Origin: Asterias rubens
Lineage: Eukaryota
Assembly: GCF_902459465.1 (NCBI RefSeq)
Contig: NC_047083.1
Coordinates: forward strand, 1,488,001 to 1,552,000
Length of the DNA: 64,000 nucleotides
Direction: 5' to 3'
In this document: piece by piece, positions 10,901 to 23,100 of the stretch
Layout: every line of letters begins with the position of its first letter
Numbering within the stretch: the stretch's first letter is position 1
The notes under the pieces: generated by a model
Seen by the model: only the letters and a program-made list of their open reading frames with translations
Databases searched by the model: none
Told to the model about the DNA's origin: nothing
Translations under genes and position numbers: made by a program

Positions 10901-13900
10901 GGTACAATACGCTGCACACCAGTCGTTTCCCATTGTAATTAGCCTGTGCCCTGAGTGTGATTCTGCTCACTCCGTTCCAACCCCCGTCATGCTCAGATTG
11001 TGATTCTGTAATTAAGAACATTACATTGTATCTCCACCATGCAAAGTTTCAAATTCTACTCAGAATGTACATGTGTTACTGCAAACCTTTCTCTATCGTA
11101 TTACCACTGTGCAAAGTTTCAAATTCTACTTATGTACATGTGTTACTGCAAACTTTACTTTATCGTATTGCCACCATGCAAAGTTTGAAATCCGTGTTCG
11201 TGGTGTTACTGCAAACCTTACCATATCGTATTACCACTATGCAAAGTTTCAAATCCATGTACGTGGTGTTAGTGCAAACCTTACTATATCGTATGTCCAC
11301 CGTGCAGTTTCAAATCCTACTCATGTACATGGTGTTACTGCAAACCTTACTAGATTGTATCTCCCCCATGCAAAGTTTCAAATCCTACTCATGTACATGG
11401 TGTTACTGCAAACCTTACTAGATTGTATCTCCCCCATGCAAAGTTTCAAATCCTACTCATGTACATGGTGTTACTGCAAACCTTACTAGATTGTATATCC
11501 CCCATGCAAAGTTTCAAATCCTACTCATGTACATGGTGTTACTGCAAACCTTACTAGATTGTATCTCCCCCATGCAAAGTTTCAAATCCTACTCATGTAC
11601 ATGGTGTTACTGCAAACCTTACTAGATTGTATCTCCCCCATGCAAAGTTTCAAATCCTACTCATGTACATGGTGTTACTGCAAACCTTACTATATCGTAT
11701 GTCCACCATGCAAAATTTCAAATCCTACTTATGTACATGCGGTGTTGCCGCAAACCTTATGTTAATCATATTTCCACCATCCAAAATTTCAAATCCTACT
11801 TACCCTGTGTTGAATCTGGAATGTCAATCACGTCGCCATCTTTGGAGGTTATGGCCCATCGGAACCCGTAAGCCTGACTCGACGACAGAGACTGGCAGGT
11901 GAAACTGTAGACCCCCCATAAGACAATTGTCATGCCACAAGTTGTACCCCTGCAGGCACCAGACTCTGTCGTCATGAAAACGGTTTCAGGCGGATCTAGT
12001 AAAAAGTGAAACAAATTATAAATATTTCAGCTTGTCTACACTGACGCGTGCCTAAAAGTTCTTTCACATGAGAGTAATTTAGCAAAGGTCCCTTGCTAAA
12101 TTGTAGCATGGTTGTAAGATTTTGCAAATGTACCTCGTGTGAAAGGACAACAACTTAGCCTACACTGTCCAAGTGCTCTGCAAAATCCCGCTAAACATTG
12201 CTACATTTTACAACCATGCTAAATTGAAGCAAGGGACCCCAGTTAAATTGATGCCGTGTGAATAGCACTTAAGTGACTCAAAAACGTACCAGACAGTTGT
12301 CAGTTCTCAGCATTAATGACTTAAAATAATGAGTATTTTGTGTCGAGTTGTGTGTACAGATGAAGGTTTAGGGCTTTTTCAAAGCGGTGAGTTCCTTTTG
12401 GGCCAAGCCTTACAGGCTCCGTTCAGCCACGTACACCTAAAGAAACGGCACATTTTCAAGATAACCGACGGAAAGGCTCATCATTTTTCTTTCAGTTTTA
12501 TTTGGAGGACGCAAGTCTTTGCCGAATGATGATGATGATCAAAATAAAATAGCATGCACTGACAATTGAGAGTGACTTATTTTTGCTACTACTGATTGAG
12601 AAAAAACAACTGGAGGGTTCAAACTTACAGTTGATGTTCAAAGTGAGGTTGGCACTACCGAGGTGACTGCCAATGAATGATAACAGTCTACACTCAAGCA
12701 CTGATCCAGATTGATTTCGAGTTGGAATCAGATCAAGGGAAACTGTTTCACTATCTCTGTCGAGAGAGTAAAAAAAAAAAAACAGTGAAATGCAAAGATG
12801 AAGAATTCAAGATTACAAAAATACATTTCTTTCCATACTCTCATAAAAGAATAACGACAGTTATTACGGACTAAAAGCAACACATATCTTTAAGTAACAC
12901 TTTATAATACATATAAATGAATAGAGTATACTCTATACGGGGCCGTTTTGGTAAGCATGAGATTGTAAAAAACAGCCAGACAGACAAGAAAACAAGACAA
13001 CCAGACAGACAGACAAACAGACAAAAGGACAGATGAACATAAGACATGACACAGCGAGTTCGTAATAAAAGCGACAAAATGTTCAAGCTGAAAATAAATA
13101 AGACAAGTACTGAATAGATGGATGTGGTTCAATTACATAGGATGGGAAGCTAAGATACATAATGGGAGATAATGTTACAAACAAGCCATGAGTTTTTTTC
13201 TACCAACTTTGAGGCTCCTCATCCTGGCCACAGATGTATATGCTATTTTCACCACGTGATTGACAAAATGTTGTTTGTTTGTGTGTTAAGATGGTCTTCC
13301 CATCAAGGGAACTCGTGAAACTCCTATCACATACAAAATTTGGGCTCAATCGGTCATCGAAGTTGCAAGAAAATAATGAGAAAAAAAAGCCATTGTCGGA
13401 CAAATCTGTGTGCTTGCAGATGCCTAAATAAAAGACTTCAGGTCCGAATATTTTAGTGAGAGATTCCATTTTTCTCAAACACTACATCTACTTAAATAAG
13501 ACATCTAGCTGAAATAAGACCGGCCAAGCCCCACCACCAAATTCCCGGGGGTAAATTTTCAACATGGCACTCACTGAGAATCTGGCTGGTTCGATGATTG
13601 TATTTCCCCATCAATGTACAAAATCTTTGAACCGGTACACCCCTCGCTGCTACAAAAGAACCGCACAGGTAGACCCTCTTCCAACACCGAAGTGTTCATC
13701 GTCAACTGCAACTCACTGCATGGGTCTGAGTTAAATTAAAGAGAACACACACATAGAAAATAGTACTTTTAGTCAATGAATAATTGTCAAAAGGACAAGT
13801 TGATTTCTTTCCATCCGAAAACTCATTTATCATACGGAATTGACCTGGGCCCATTTATACAGAGCTGCGTCAGCAGAAATATTGCTCAACAGTTGTCTGA

Positions 13901-16393
13901 AATTGGTTGGTAATTTTGTTTTTATCAAGGAAGAAATTGCATTCTATAAGCAAATTTTTGTGCTTAGCAGCTCTATGAAACTGGACCCAGGATACAAGTC
14001 ACAAGTTGTAAACATGACATGTCATTTGTGCTCTATGTTTGTCAAATTGTTCTAATGGGGTGCCAGTTATAGTCCGGCCATTCAACCTTAAATTATTAAT
14101 TAAGTTTGTGTAATAATACGAAAGCATAATTTCAGCTGAAGTTTCAACTTCCATCTTTTTGTGTGTGTGGGTGGGTGTTATAATGTTTGTAAAACTTTGG
14201 TTAAAACTAGCTAGTATGAAGTTAGCAAATCTTGCTGGAAATCTGTTGTTTGCAATGCCGTGTTATATAGACCTTCCTCATATAAAAAATCGAGGTTGGA
14301 TTATGATAGAAAGAAAAAAAACTAAGCAGAACCACAACAGATGTACTTCCTTGAACAGATTTTTGGAAAACAGGAATTGTTCATTTTCGATTGCTTTGTT
14401 TTTCATGTTGACTTTGCTCCTCGAATGAATCTCAATTTGTCGATTTAAAAAATATAGTCATATTTGACTGATAGTACTAGAACTCAAAAAATAGTTAATG
14501 GCCTGACGTTTCGACCCAAGCAAAGTCTTTCTCGAGGGCAAAAGTACTAGAACTCTTTACAAAAAATACTTCATTAAAAATAAAATTGACACGTTACATC
14601 TCTCAATAAACTTATTAGTTACAAAATAAAAAAGCAAAAAAGCAAAAAAAATACCTGTGAGATTCGGCCTTTGTCCATGGGATTGCTGAACAATGAGTCC
14701 TGAAAAGAAAAAGAAAAAAAAGGGGTTTCTGTCGTCATAATTGAAGGGTCTGATTTCTTTTTTGTAGGACAAAAACACAATGTCTACCGATTCACATTAG
14801 ACTGACACGGTTTGAAGATAATGATGGTAGAAAGCTTCCCTTAAAATCACTTTCTGAGGTGCTGTAGTTTTTGAGAAATGAGTAAAACAAGTCACGAAAA
14901 CTATTTTAGTCTGAAAACGTATTTTAGTGACATTGTTTACTCATTTCTCAAAAACTACATCTACCAGCAAGTAATATATTTTAGAGGAGCCTTCTAACAT
15001 CATTATCTTCAAACTGTGTGAGTTTAATGTACATCTGAGGACATTGTGTTTTATGTTACAAAAATTACCCATATCCTTTTTATAAGACTTGTTAGACAAA
15101 ATTAATCCACGTGGTTGTACAATTATGTACATGGAAAAAACACCTCCCGCTTTAGTTCTCCATATCATGATGGTATGACATTGCTCTAGAATTGCAAGGG
15201 TCGTGGGTTCGAATCCCATCCGAGTAACATGCCTGTGATATTTTTTTCACAGGACTCGGGAAAGTACTGAGTATACAGTGCTAACACACATCGGTGTATG
15301 GGTAAAAACCAAAATTAATATTCTTTATCCCCGATACAAATTTAACATATATCATATCATCTACGTACATCCACATGCTAACTGTGATAATGGGGTCATT
15401 ACCCACTTTAAGATTTTTCAAATGGTGGTAGGCTTTAAACACAGGTTAATTTACTGGTTTTATTGACGAAAATATACATTGGCACAACAAATGACAAGCA
15501 TCGGAGAGCTGATGATAGTTATACAACTTTACAACTTTCAAAAAAACGACTCACTATGAAGTAACGTAGTTTTTGAAAAGAGATATTTTCTCACTAAACT
15601 TTTTGAATTTGAGAAAGACTTCAGGCCTTTCTCAGACATCTGAAGGCACTGACAATTTTGTAACAAGGGTGTTTTTTTTCTTTCATTATTTTCTTGCAAC
15701 TTCGATGACCAATTGAGCTACAATGTTCACAGGTTTGTTATGTTACGCATATGTTGAGATACACCAAGTAAGAAGACTGGTCTTTGACAGTTAGCAACAG
15801 TGTCCAGTGCCATGTACTGTAACGTACACGTAGTCCTGAACAAAGGCCTAAATGCAAAGGAAAAACCAGCTCTGACTAAGATGGGAATTTGTTTTTACTA
15901 GACTTTAAAGGCAGTGGGCACTATTGGTAATTGTCAAAGACTAGCCTTCACAGTTGGTGTATCTCATATGCATAAAATAACCAACCTGTGAAAATTTGAG
16001 CTCAATCGATTATTGAAGTTGCGAGATAATAATGAAAGAAAAAACACCCTTGTCACACGAAGTTGTGTGTTTACATGGTTGATTTCGAGACCTCCTCAAG
16101 TTCTAAATCTGAGGTCTCGAAATCAAATTCGTGGAAAATTACTTCTTTCTCGAAAACTATGGCACTTCAGAGGGAGCCGTTTCTCACAATGTTTTATACC
16201 ATCAACTTCTCCCCATTACTCGTCACCAAGGAAGTATTTATGCCAATAATTATTTTGAGTAATTACCAATAGTGCCCACTGCCCTTTTGTGGACATCAAG
16301 TACAACAACGGACATTAAACACACCCACATGTATAGTTTCTACTCACCTATTGAAACCGCCAAAACGAGAAACAGTTTTCCGTGATTGGTCAT
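4942..16393 (-). CDS. Gene B: 2-Ig receptor tyrosine kinase (FGFR/RET-related kinase domain), about 594 aa
   Basis: Exons 16393-16348, 13725-13575, 12756-12629, 11995-11804, 11005-10850, 10029-9872 (TM), 9050-8855, 8690-8580, 7997-7828, 7233-7111, 6408-6297, 5591-5495, 5191-5092, 4986-4942. All GT-AG, phases compatible, total 1785 nt. Motifs [36 protein letters not shown]. The signal-peptide exon is the least certain. Confidence 0.9.
7514..7551 (-). ncRNA. Minimal type-I hammerhead-ribozyme-like motif (Penelope/retrozyme type)
   Basis: Minus strand TCTC-CTGACGA-T-GAC-tagagcac-GTC-GAAAC-GTT-GAGA: core boxes, stem II GAC/GTC, stem I TCTC/GAGA, palindromic ACGT at helix III. Confidence 0.55.
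8158..8320. mobile_element. TIR element with internal ttaggact/gtcctaa repeats (relatives at about 5940-6082, 21185-21333, 28540-28720, 35920-36160, 60440-60560)
   Basis: ggggtggatttcac ... gtgaaatccacccc; inserted inside a tRNA-like SINE. Confidence 0.8.
9230..9594 (+). mobile_element. TTAA-flanked MITE family 3
   Basis: ttaaaggaacacgttgccttggatcggtcgagttgg ... ccaactcgaccgatccaaggcaaggtgttcctttaa; long TIRs. Confidence 0.9.
10058..10207 (+). mobile_element. About 150-bp TIR MITE (copies 29968-30116, 46324-46472)
   Basis: caataggagactttccaacactaggtggcagcagac ... gtctgctgccctctatcgtcccagaaagtctcccattg; the 10058 and 46324 copies are nearly identical. Confidence 0.85.
11026..11800 (+). repeat. 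Minisatellite, about 11 copies of a 68-bp unit, filling an intron of gene B
   Basis: Unit ttgtatctcccccatgcaaagtttcaaatcctactcatgtacatggtgttactgcaaaccttactaga; period 68 (caaaccttac at 11341 and 11409); central copies near-identical. Confidence 0.95.
15175..15345 (+). mobile_element. tRNA-derived SINE (copies about 2385-2500, 51660-51790; tails at 22140-22305)
   Basis: B-box ggttcgaatccc followed by a conserved body gagtaacatgcctgtga..gggaaagtactgagtatacagtgctaacacacatcggtgtatgggtaaaaa; no complete cloverleaf. Confidence 0.8.
15490..15810 (-). mobile_element. MITE family 1 partial copy
   Basis: Reverse-orientation body ending in agaagactggtctttgacagttagcaacagtgtccagtgc. Confidence 0.75.
15905..16288 (+). 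mobile_element. MITE family 1 copy
   Basis: ttaaaggcagtgggcactattggtaattgtcaaagac ... ccaatagtgcccactgccc. Confidence 0.9.
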
Positions 16394-16762
16394 CTTACCT
16401 CCGGAGTCAAACTGTTTGAAATGGTCTTTTTACGCAGTTGTTGTAATAAGTTGTACCGTTGAATTTACGTCGTTTGTTATTTTTTGTATCAAAAACCATG
16501 TTGGAAAAACAAATACAGCTAAAAAGAAACTTTGTTTCATTTTCTGTTGATAATTAATACAGAAAGAGAGAAGAAAGTAAAACAGCACTCGAGGAAGTGA
16601 GGGAAAATATTAAATTAGAAGTGAAATTATAAACTTGACTTGCATCGAAAGTGGTGGATCAAATTTTCGCGAGGTCGAGTTTCTTTGGTCGAAAAAAGCC
16701 TCGGTGAGGAAGGTTTTTGTTTGGTTTCATTTATTCTGGTTGTACAGTCAGGGACACTGGCT

Positions 16763-17050
16763 TTAAAGGCAGTGGACACTTTTGGTAATTATTCGAAATA
16801 ATTCTTAGCATAAAAACCTACTAGGTAATGAGTAATAGAGAGCTGTTGAGGGTATAGGACACTGAAAAACGGCTACCTCTGAAGTAATGAAGTTTTCGAG
16901 AAAGAAGTAATTTTTTTTACTAATTATTTTTAATTTGGTTTCGAGACCATTTTCACTATATCTATTTTTTTGGGCTCTCCAATTTTTCTGTAATAGACCA
17001 ACTGTGAAGGCTAGTCTTTGACAATTACCAATAGTGTCATGGGTCTTTAA
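16763..17050 (-). mobile_element. MITE family 1 copy with internal deletion
   Basis: ttaaaggcagtggacact at 16763 and gctagtctttgacaattaccaatagtgtc...tttaa at the other end. Confidence 0.8.
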
Positions 17051-17372
17051 ACTAGTCCACTGAAACAAAGGCACATGTATTTGTTGATGTTTTCATCGTT
17101 TTAATTTCCTTGAGTAAACAAAATGAATCTCGCTAAGTCCAGATATTACAAGAAATATGTTTTATGTTCAATTAAGAGAAACTTCAATCAATCAATAATA
17201 CATGTATTTCCACATTCATATCACATGGAGGCATCATCCTAAAAGCCGAGGCTTGTGGCGGATGTGCCCGTTACAAGATTACAGAACAAAACAGGATAAC
17301 AGCACTAAATAGACGAATAAATAAAAAATACTAACTGCTACGCTAGCTAACTACGTAGAGGTTTAACCATGG

Positions 17373-17750
17373 TTAAAGGCAGTGGACACTTGGTAATTGT
17401 CAAAGACCAGTCTTCACAGTTGGTGTATCTCAACATATGCATAAAATAACAAAGCTGTGAAAATGTCAATAGGTCGTCGAAGTTGCGAGATCATAATGAA
17501 AGAAAAAACACCCTTGTCACACGAAGTTGTGTGCGTTTAGATGGTTGATCTCGAGACCTCAAGTTCTAAATCTGAGGTCTCGAAATCAAATTCGTGGAAA
17601 ATTACCTCTTTCTTGATAACTACTCCACTTCAGAGGGAGCCGTTTCTAACAATGCTTAATACTATCAACTTCTCCCCATTACTCATTACCAAGTACGTTT
17701 TTATGCTAGTAATTATTTTGAGTAATTACCAACGGTGTCCACTGCCTTAA
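17373..17750 (+). mobile_element. MITE family 1 copy
   Basis: ttaaaggcagtggacact ... ggtgtccactgccttaa. Confidence 0.9.
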
Positions 17751-18393
17751 CCATGGTTAAACAATGTATATATTATTACTCTGAAGCAGAACATGTATGC
17801 GAAGTAAACAAAGGGACAGCAATTATACAAACAATACATATTAGAAAACATAGACGAGTAGGTAAGGTAAGTATTAAGTAATATAACGGCTAGGCCAAAT
17901 ACCAGTATTAAAAAAGCAAATCGATCAATTATGTTGGGAATTTAGTACAAATGCTTTTAGTCGGTATTTAACCGAGTAAAAAGGTCAAAGAAAAAAAAGT
18001 TCAAGGGTAACGGTTATTTTGATAACAAAGTATTGTGAGATGCTCGTTATAATACAGTTCCTTCGGGTCCTTCCGACCTCAGTTTCTGTGACTGAGTTGA
18101 ATGTACAAAAACAAAGTGGCTACAAGACGATCATTATTTCAGTAATTATTTGGCAAGAATTCGAGACGACGATAAGGGGAAGGGAAAAAACACAAAACAA
18201 TTGTTTTTGTAAAATAATATGCAACATTCGCAGTAGTACAATAAGTTGATCAGATTGCTTGCATTTAAAAACAGTTTGGAACAACCAAAACCAGTTGTTG
18301 CATGTTTAAAAAGGCTTACTATGACTTCAATTCAGATGGAAATACTTTCTCAGAAAAAATGGTTATGGTATGAACTTCATAATAAAAAAGGCT

Positions 18394-18772
18394 TTAAAGA
18401 TACTGGACACTATTGGTAATTGTCAAAGACCAGTCTTCTCCCTTGGTGTATCTCAACATATGCATAAAATAACAAACCGGTGAACATTTTGAGCTCAATT
18501 GGTCATTGAAGTTGCGAGATAATAATGAAAGAAAAAATACCCTTGTCACACGAATTTGGTATTCAGTGTGCTTTCAGATGCCGATTTCGAGACCCAAAAT
18601 TGTAAATTTGAGGTCTCGAAATCGAATTCGTGGAAATTTACTTCTTTCTCGAAAACTACGTTACTTCAGAGGGAGCCGTTTCTCACGATGTTTTATACTA
18701 TCAATATCTCCCATTACTCCTTACCAAGTCTAATTATTTTGAGTAATTACCAATACTGTCCACTTCCTTTAA
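18394..18772 (+). mobile_element. MITE family 1 copy
   Basis: ttaaagatactggacactattgg ... ccaatactgtccacttcctttaa. Confidence 0.9.
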
Positions 18773-19261
18773 GACTAAAACTAAACAACGAAGTTTGGTA
18801 CGGAGGATTTGAGGAAATCAATGAATATTTGGTTTGCGGTATTACATCATGCGTGTATCTACTTGCCAGGTAGAGTTTGTTCTCTAATAGAGAATTGTCT
18901 TTCTTTATTCTACTAGTTTGTTACCCTACCAATTCTGTAGATGCTTTACATTGCTTTATACATGTTGAAATCATAAAGAGCTTTTGTTTTTCAGTCAAGT
19001 GTGTAAAGTTAGTTGTAAGCTTATCTTACTATAAACAGGTAATATTGTTTATTTATTTTAATTTTCCTTAAACAAATTGTCTTAAAGCCATTATACACTT
19101 TCGGAACAGAAAAAAAAAAGTTCACAAATTTACAAGTACCTTACAGGGTTTACGAAGTGTCCAAAAGGTATTAATTGTCATAAAGGATGTCAATGTGACA
19201 TGAACTTGTACTGTTTTGGATAATAGTCAACAAATTGTCAACAAATTATCTGTGTTTAATC

Positions 19262-20130
19262 TCACACCGTGGCACTTGAATGTCCATTTTCTTCCTTTTT
19301 CTTCTCAATCTCATAAACCTGGACACGCTTATCGCTATACAAAGTCACACCATTCAACCCGAAGAAGCATAAACCTTGCAGATCTTGGAAGCCAGTCTCG
19401 AATGTATGAAGCTTTTCAAATACCTCGACATCGTATGCGAGTATTTGAACACCGTTCACCACGTAGAGTTGGTGGTTGTGCATTACGATTTCACCCAGCC
19501 CTGTTTCTTGAGCAGGAGAAATTGTTATGCAATCTCGGATTTTCAACATGTTGAGACAACCAGGAGTTCTTTTAAAGGTGTACTTATTTATGGTGTCTTT
19601 TCCGTTCACGACAAAGAGATGTTTCCAACCGTATGCCGCGATATTTTGCAGCTCTTTATCGATATCTAATGTGTACTCTGCGCGGGTTTTGTTGTGTATT
19701 TCATACATCAGCAATCTTTTACCATCGAGTTCGCCCACAAAGATAGCACCAGCGCCATCAACGGTGACCTTTGGGGAGGTGAACTTAGTCAACTCGACCG
19801 GCTCTCCGTAATTGCCAGAGTTCATGTCAACATATAGCAAACTTGTTTTGACTTTTTTGTCAGTTGTTTTTAAAACCACTATTAAAGTTTCGCTTTGAGG
19901 GTGTAAGACTATGTTCGTCACATTTCCTGAAAACTTGTCTTTCGTGAAGATTTCTGGTCTAGCTTCCTGTTTGTTTGGGTAGCGGACGACTGCTTTCGAT
20001 GTTGCAAGTAAAAGGCCCTGACTATCACTACCAACCACCCCCACAATGTCTCCTGTTTGTTCGGATCCTTGGAATAAACCGCTGTAGTCTTCGAGGCTAC
20101 GTCTTGAAGACCATTGAGTATTTCCCTCAG
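19262..20130 (-). CDS. Terminal intronless exon of gene A encoding a beta-propeller (NHL/6-blade-like)
   Basis: Acceptor ttcatttcatttcttttcag|CTGAGG is in frame with ORF 19262-20044. Blade-like PKVTVDGAGAIFVGELDGKRLLMYE; repeated beta-strand pattern; C-terminal LQGLCFFG..VTLYSDKRVQVYE. Confidence 0.75.
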
Positions 20131-23100
20131 CTGAAAAGAAATGAAATGAAAGTTATGAAAGACGAGCTATAAGGGCCCAATTTCGTAAAGCCTGTAAGCA
20201 CAACAATTTGGATTTAAAACTGGATTACCAACCAAATTTCCATTTGCTGCATATTGCGTGATACTGGTATTCAGCTGTTGTTTGCTTATCCTGAAAGTCA
20301 CGTGGCAATTTGGTTGGTAATCCTGTTTTTATCGAAGGAAGAAATTTCATGTTAATGCTGAGCAAATTTGTGTGCTTACCTAATACCAGGCTGTATGAAA
20401 TTGGGCCAAGGTCAATACAATACAAAAGAAAATATATATAGTGCTCTTTATACAAAGCTGTATCACTGCGCTTTGCATTGACACTCTTGGTAGTTACAGA
20501 AAATAATTGTTAGCATAAAAACTTAATTGGTAACGAGTAATGGAGAGCTGTTGATAGTATTAAGCATTGTAGGAAACGGCTCCCTCTGAAGTAATGTAGT
20601 TTTTGAGAAAGAGGTGATTTCTCACTCGAATATTAAAATACTTCAACTGAAGCCTTTTTATTATGCATCTGAAATTTATATAACAATGGTGTTTTTTCTT
20701 TCATTATTCTCTTGCAAATTCGATGACCAATATTGATGACCAGCCTAAGTTTTCACAGGTTTGTTAATTTATGCATATGTTTGGATACACACTAAGTTGG
20801 AATCTGGTCTTTGACAATTGTCAGAGGTCTCCAGTGCCTTAAACAAGCAGAATAACAGTGTATAGCAAAAGTAAGGGAGACGAAATGAGAAAAAAACAAT
20901 GAGGAAAAGCGGAATAGAATTCTGTTCAAACTTCCTGACAATTTGTGTTTTGAAACCAGAAACGAACACAAGAGGACCGAGTTAAATTACGTATTTTTGT
21001 GAAAATCGCGCTTTGCTTATATTCAACAAAAACTAAAGATTAAGCATTAAAGCTGATACATAAATGGTAAATTGAACAAGGTGTTTCTAAGACGATCGGG
21101 AAGTGAGAGATACGTTTCAAAACGTGTGCTCTGTTTTCTTGAAGACACACAAAGCACACCGATCGACACGTCCGGACTTAACGGTATCTCACTTAAAAAT
21201 AGAGGCAATGCTAAGAGATAGGACTGGTCCTAAGTTAGGACTAGTAACTCATCATAACTTAGGACTGGTCCTATCTCTTAGCATTACCTAGGACTGGTCC
21301 TAAGTTAGGACTACCTTTGTGAAATCCACCCCAGGACCCTTACCTGTGATATCTTCCATTTCTTTTGGGTTAATTTCCATGAAGAGTCCCGTCTTCTCGT
21401 CCGGTGTACCTATTAGGAGAGGGGGTAACACCAACATCGTTTAAAAGGGTAACAACTTAAAAGGTTCATTTTATTCGGTAAAATAACAGACAGTAAACAA
21501 ACCAGGAAGAATTAAAGGAACACGTTGCATTGGATCGGTCGAGTTGGTCTTTGAAAAGCGTTTGTAACCATTGGCTATAAAATGCACATGGTTGGAAACA
21601 TGTTTTAAAAGTAGAATACAGTAATCCACACAATATTATGCCTCGAAATTGCGTGGTTTTCCTCTTACCTCATCGATTAACACGGTCGGTCATTTATGGG
21701 AGTCAAAATTTACTCCCATAAATGGCCGACAGTTTTAGTTCGCAAAGCAAAAGGAAAACCACGCAATTTTAAGGCAAATTTGTGTGGATCATTGTATTCT
21801 ACTTCTAAAACATCTTTCCAACCATATGCATAACAAACGGTTACAAATGTTTTTTATACTGCCAACTTGTCCAATCCAAGTGCCCCTTTAAAGCTTTTTT
21901 TAATTAAAACAAATCGACAAAACCAGAATCTATGTTTACCTGTGGGTTGGTTTCTCAGTAGTTCATGTCCTTTGTACTTGACGATGCGTCGTTGAGGTAG
22001 AAACACTCTGCACACGAAGTATGCTAATGCTATAAAGCATACCAACAAGATGACCGCTAGAATGATGAAAATTGTGGTTGTACTGGTCGACTTGGATTCT
22101 GGCTGCTGAGCTATAAATGACATGGGCCCAATTTCAAACAAAAGTTTGCTTTATAATAAATGTTAAATTTTCATCGGGGATAAAGAATATATATATATAT
22201 TTTTTTACCCATACACCGATGTGTGTTAGCACTGTTTTTTTCTTTTTCTTTACATGACTCGGGAACCTACTGAGTACACAGTGCTAACACACATCGGGTG
22301 TTTGGGTAAAAAAAAAAAAAAATTAAAAATTTGCTTAGCCTAAAATTTCTTCCTTGATAAAAACAGGATTACCAACCAAATTCTAATTTGTTGCATGTTG
22401 CTTCTTACTGGTTTTCAGCTGTTGTTTGCTTGTCGTGAAAATCACGTGGAAATTTGGTTGGTAATCATGTTTTTATCAAGGGTGAAATTTCAAGCTAAGC
22501 ACATTTTGTGCTTGGCAGCGCTTTGAAATTCGGTCATGGTATGAACAGAAACATTTCACAGTGATTTCCGGTTAATTCACAATTAAAAAATGTAGTCGCG
22601 GCCAAAGGCCGAATAAAAACTTTTTGTACATGAACACATTAAAAACGTTAAATACGAAAACAAGATTGGAACATAACAGAGAATGCAATACGAGGTCATA
22701 AGGAAATCAAAATTAAAATTAAGAGAAGACAACAACACCTCCATAGACCTTTTCGCAAATACCATTGCGCAAGCGCCAACTATTGAATGAGGTGCATGCT
22801 GGTCTAGCTAGCGACCAACTTGGTAGCTAGCTAGACCAGCATGCACCTCATTCCACGTCTATTGTGCGCGTACCGAGTATTTGCGATAAGTTCCATGTGC
22901 GATGACAGTGAAATCAGTCAACGTTTTATATAACTCGCCATTGGCAAACGCTAGGTGGCGCCCTTTATTCTGAGTCACCGTATTTCACTTCAACTCACCT
23001 GTGGCAAAGATTTCAACAGCGGTAGCGGACGACCCGTTGTGGATTGCTACTCCCTTAGCAACGCACTTGAACTCACATTTATCGTCCAACTTCAGATCCA

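Noticed and set aside
10957-11902. Long overlapping ORFs in the 68-bp array; also considered a CRISPR-like array
   Set aside because: Translations are repetitive by-products of the minisatellite; there are no unique spacers or cas genes and the DNA is eukaryotic.
16013-18873. Recurring ORFs such as [16 protein letters not shown] / [11 protein letters not shown] (also near 32587, 36763, 38341, 54803)
   Set aside because: They are translations of MITE family 1 copies with inconsistent frames and no transposase motifs.
19262-20044. ORFs 19262-20044 and 56610-57434 as independent intronless or nested genes
   Set aside because: They begin only at GTG/TTG, and each has a strong in-frame phase-1 acceptor just upstream that joins the Ig-TM exons.
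20080-20100. ITIM/ITAM motifs in the tails of A (EDYSGL) and C (NTYNWV)
   Set aside because: The -2 position does not match the ITIM consensus and there is no paired YxxL spacing.
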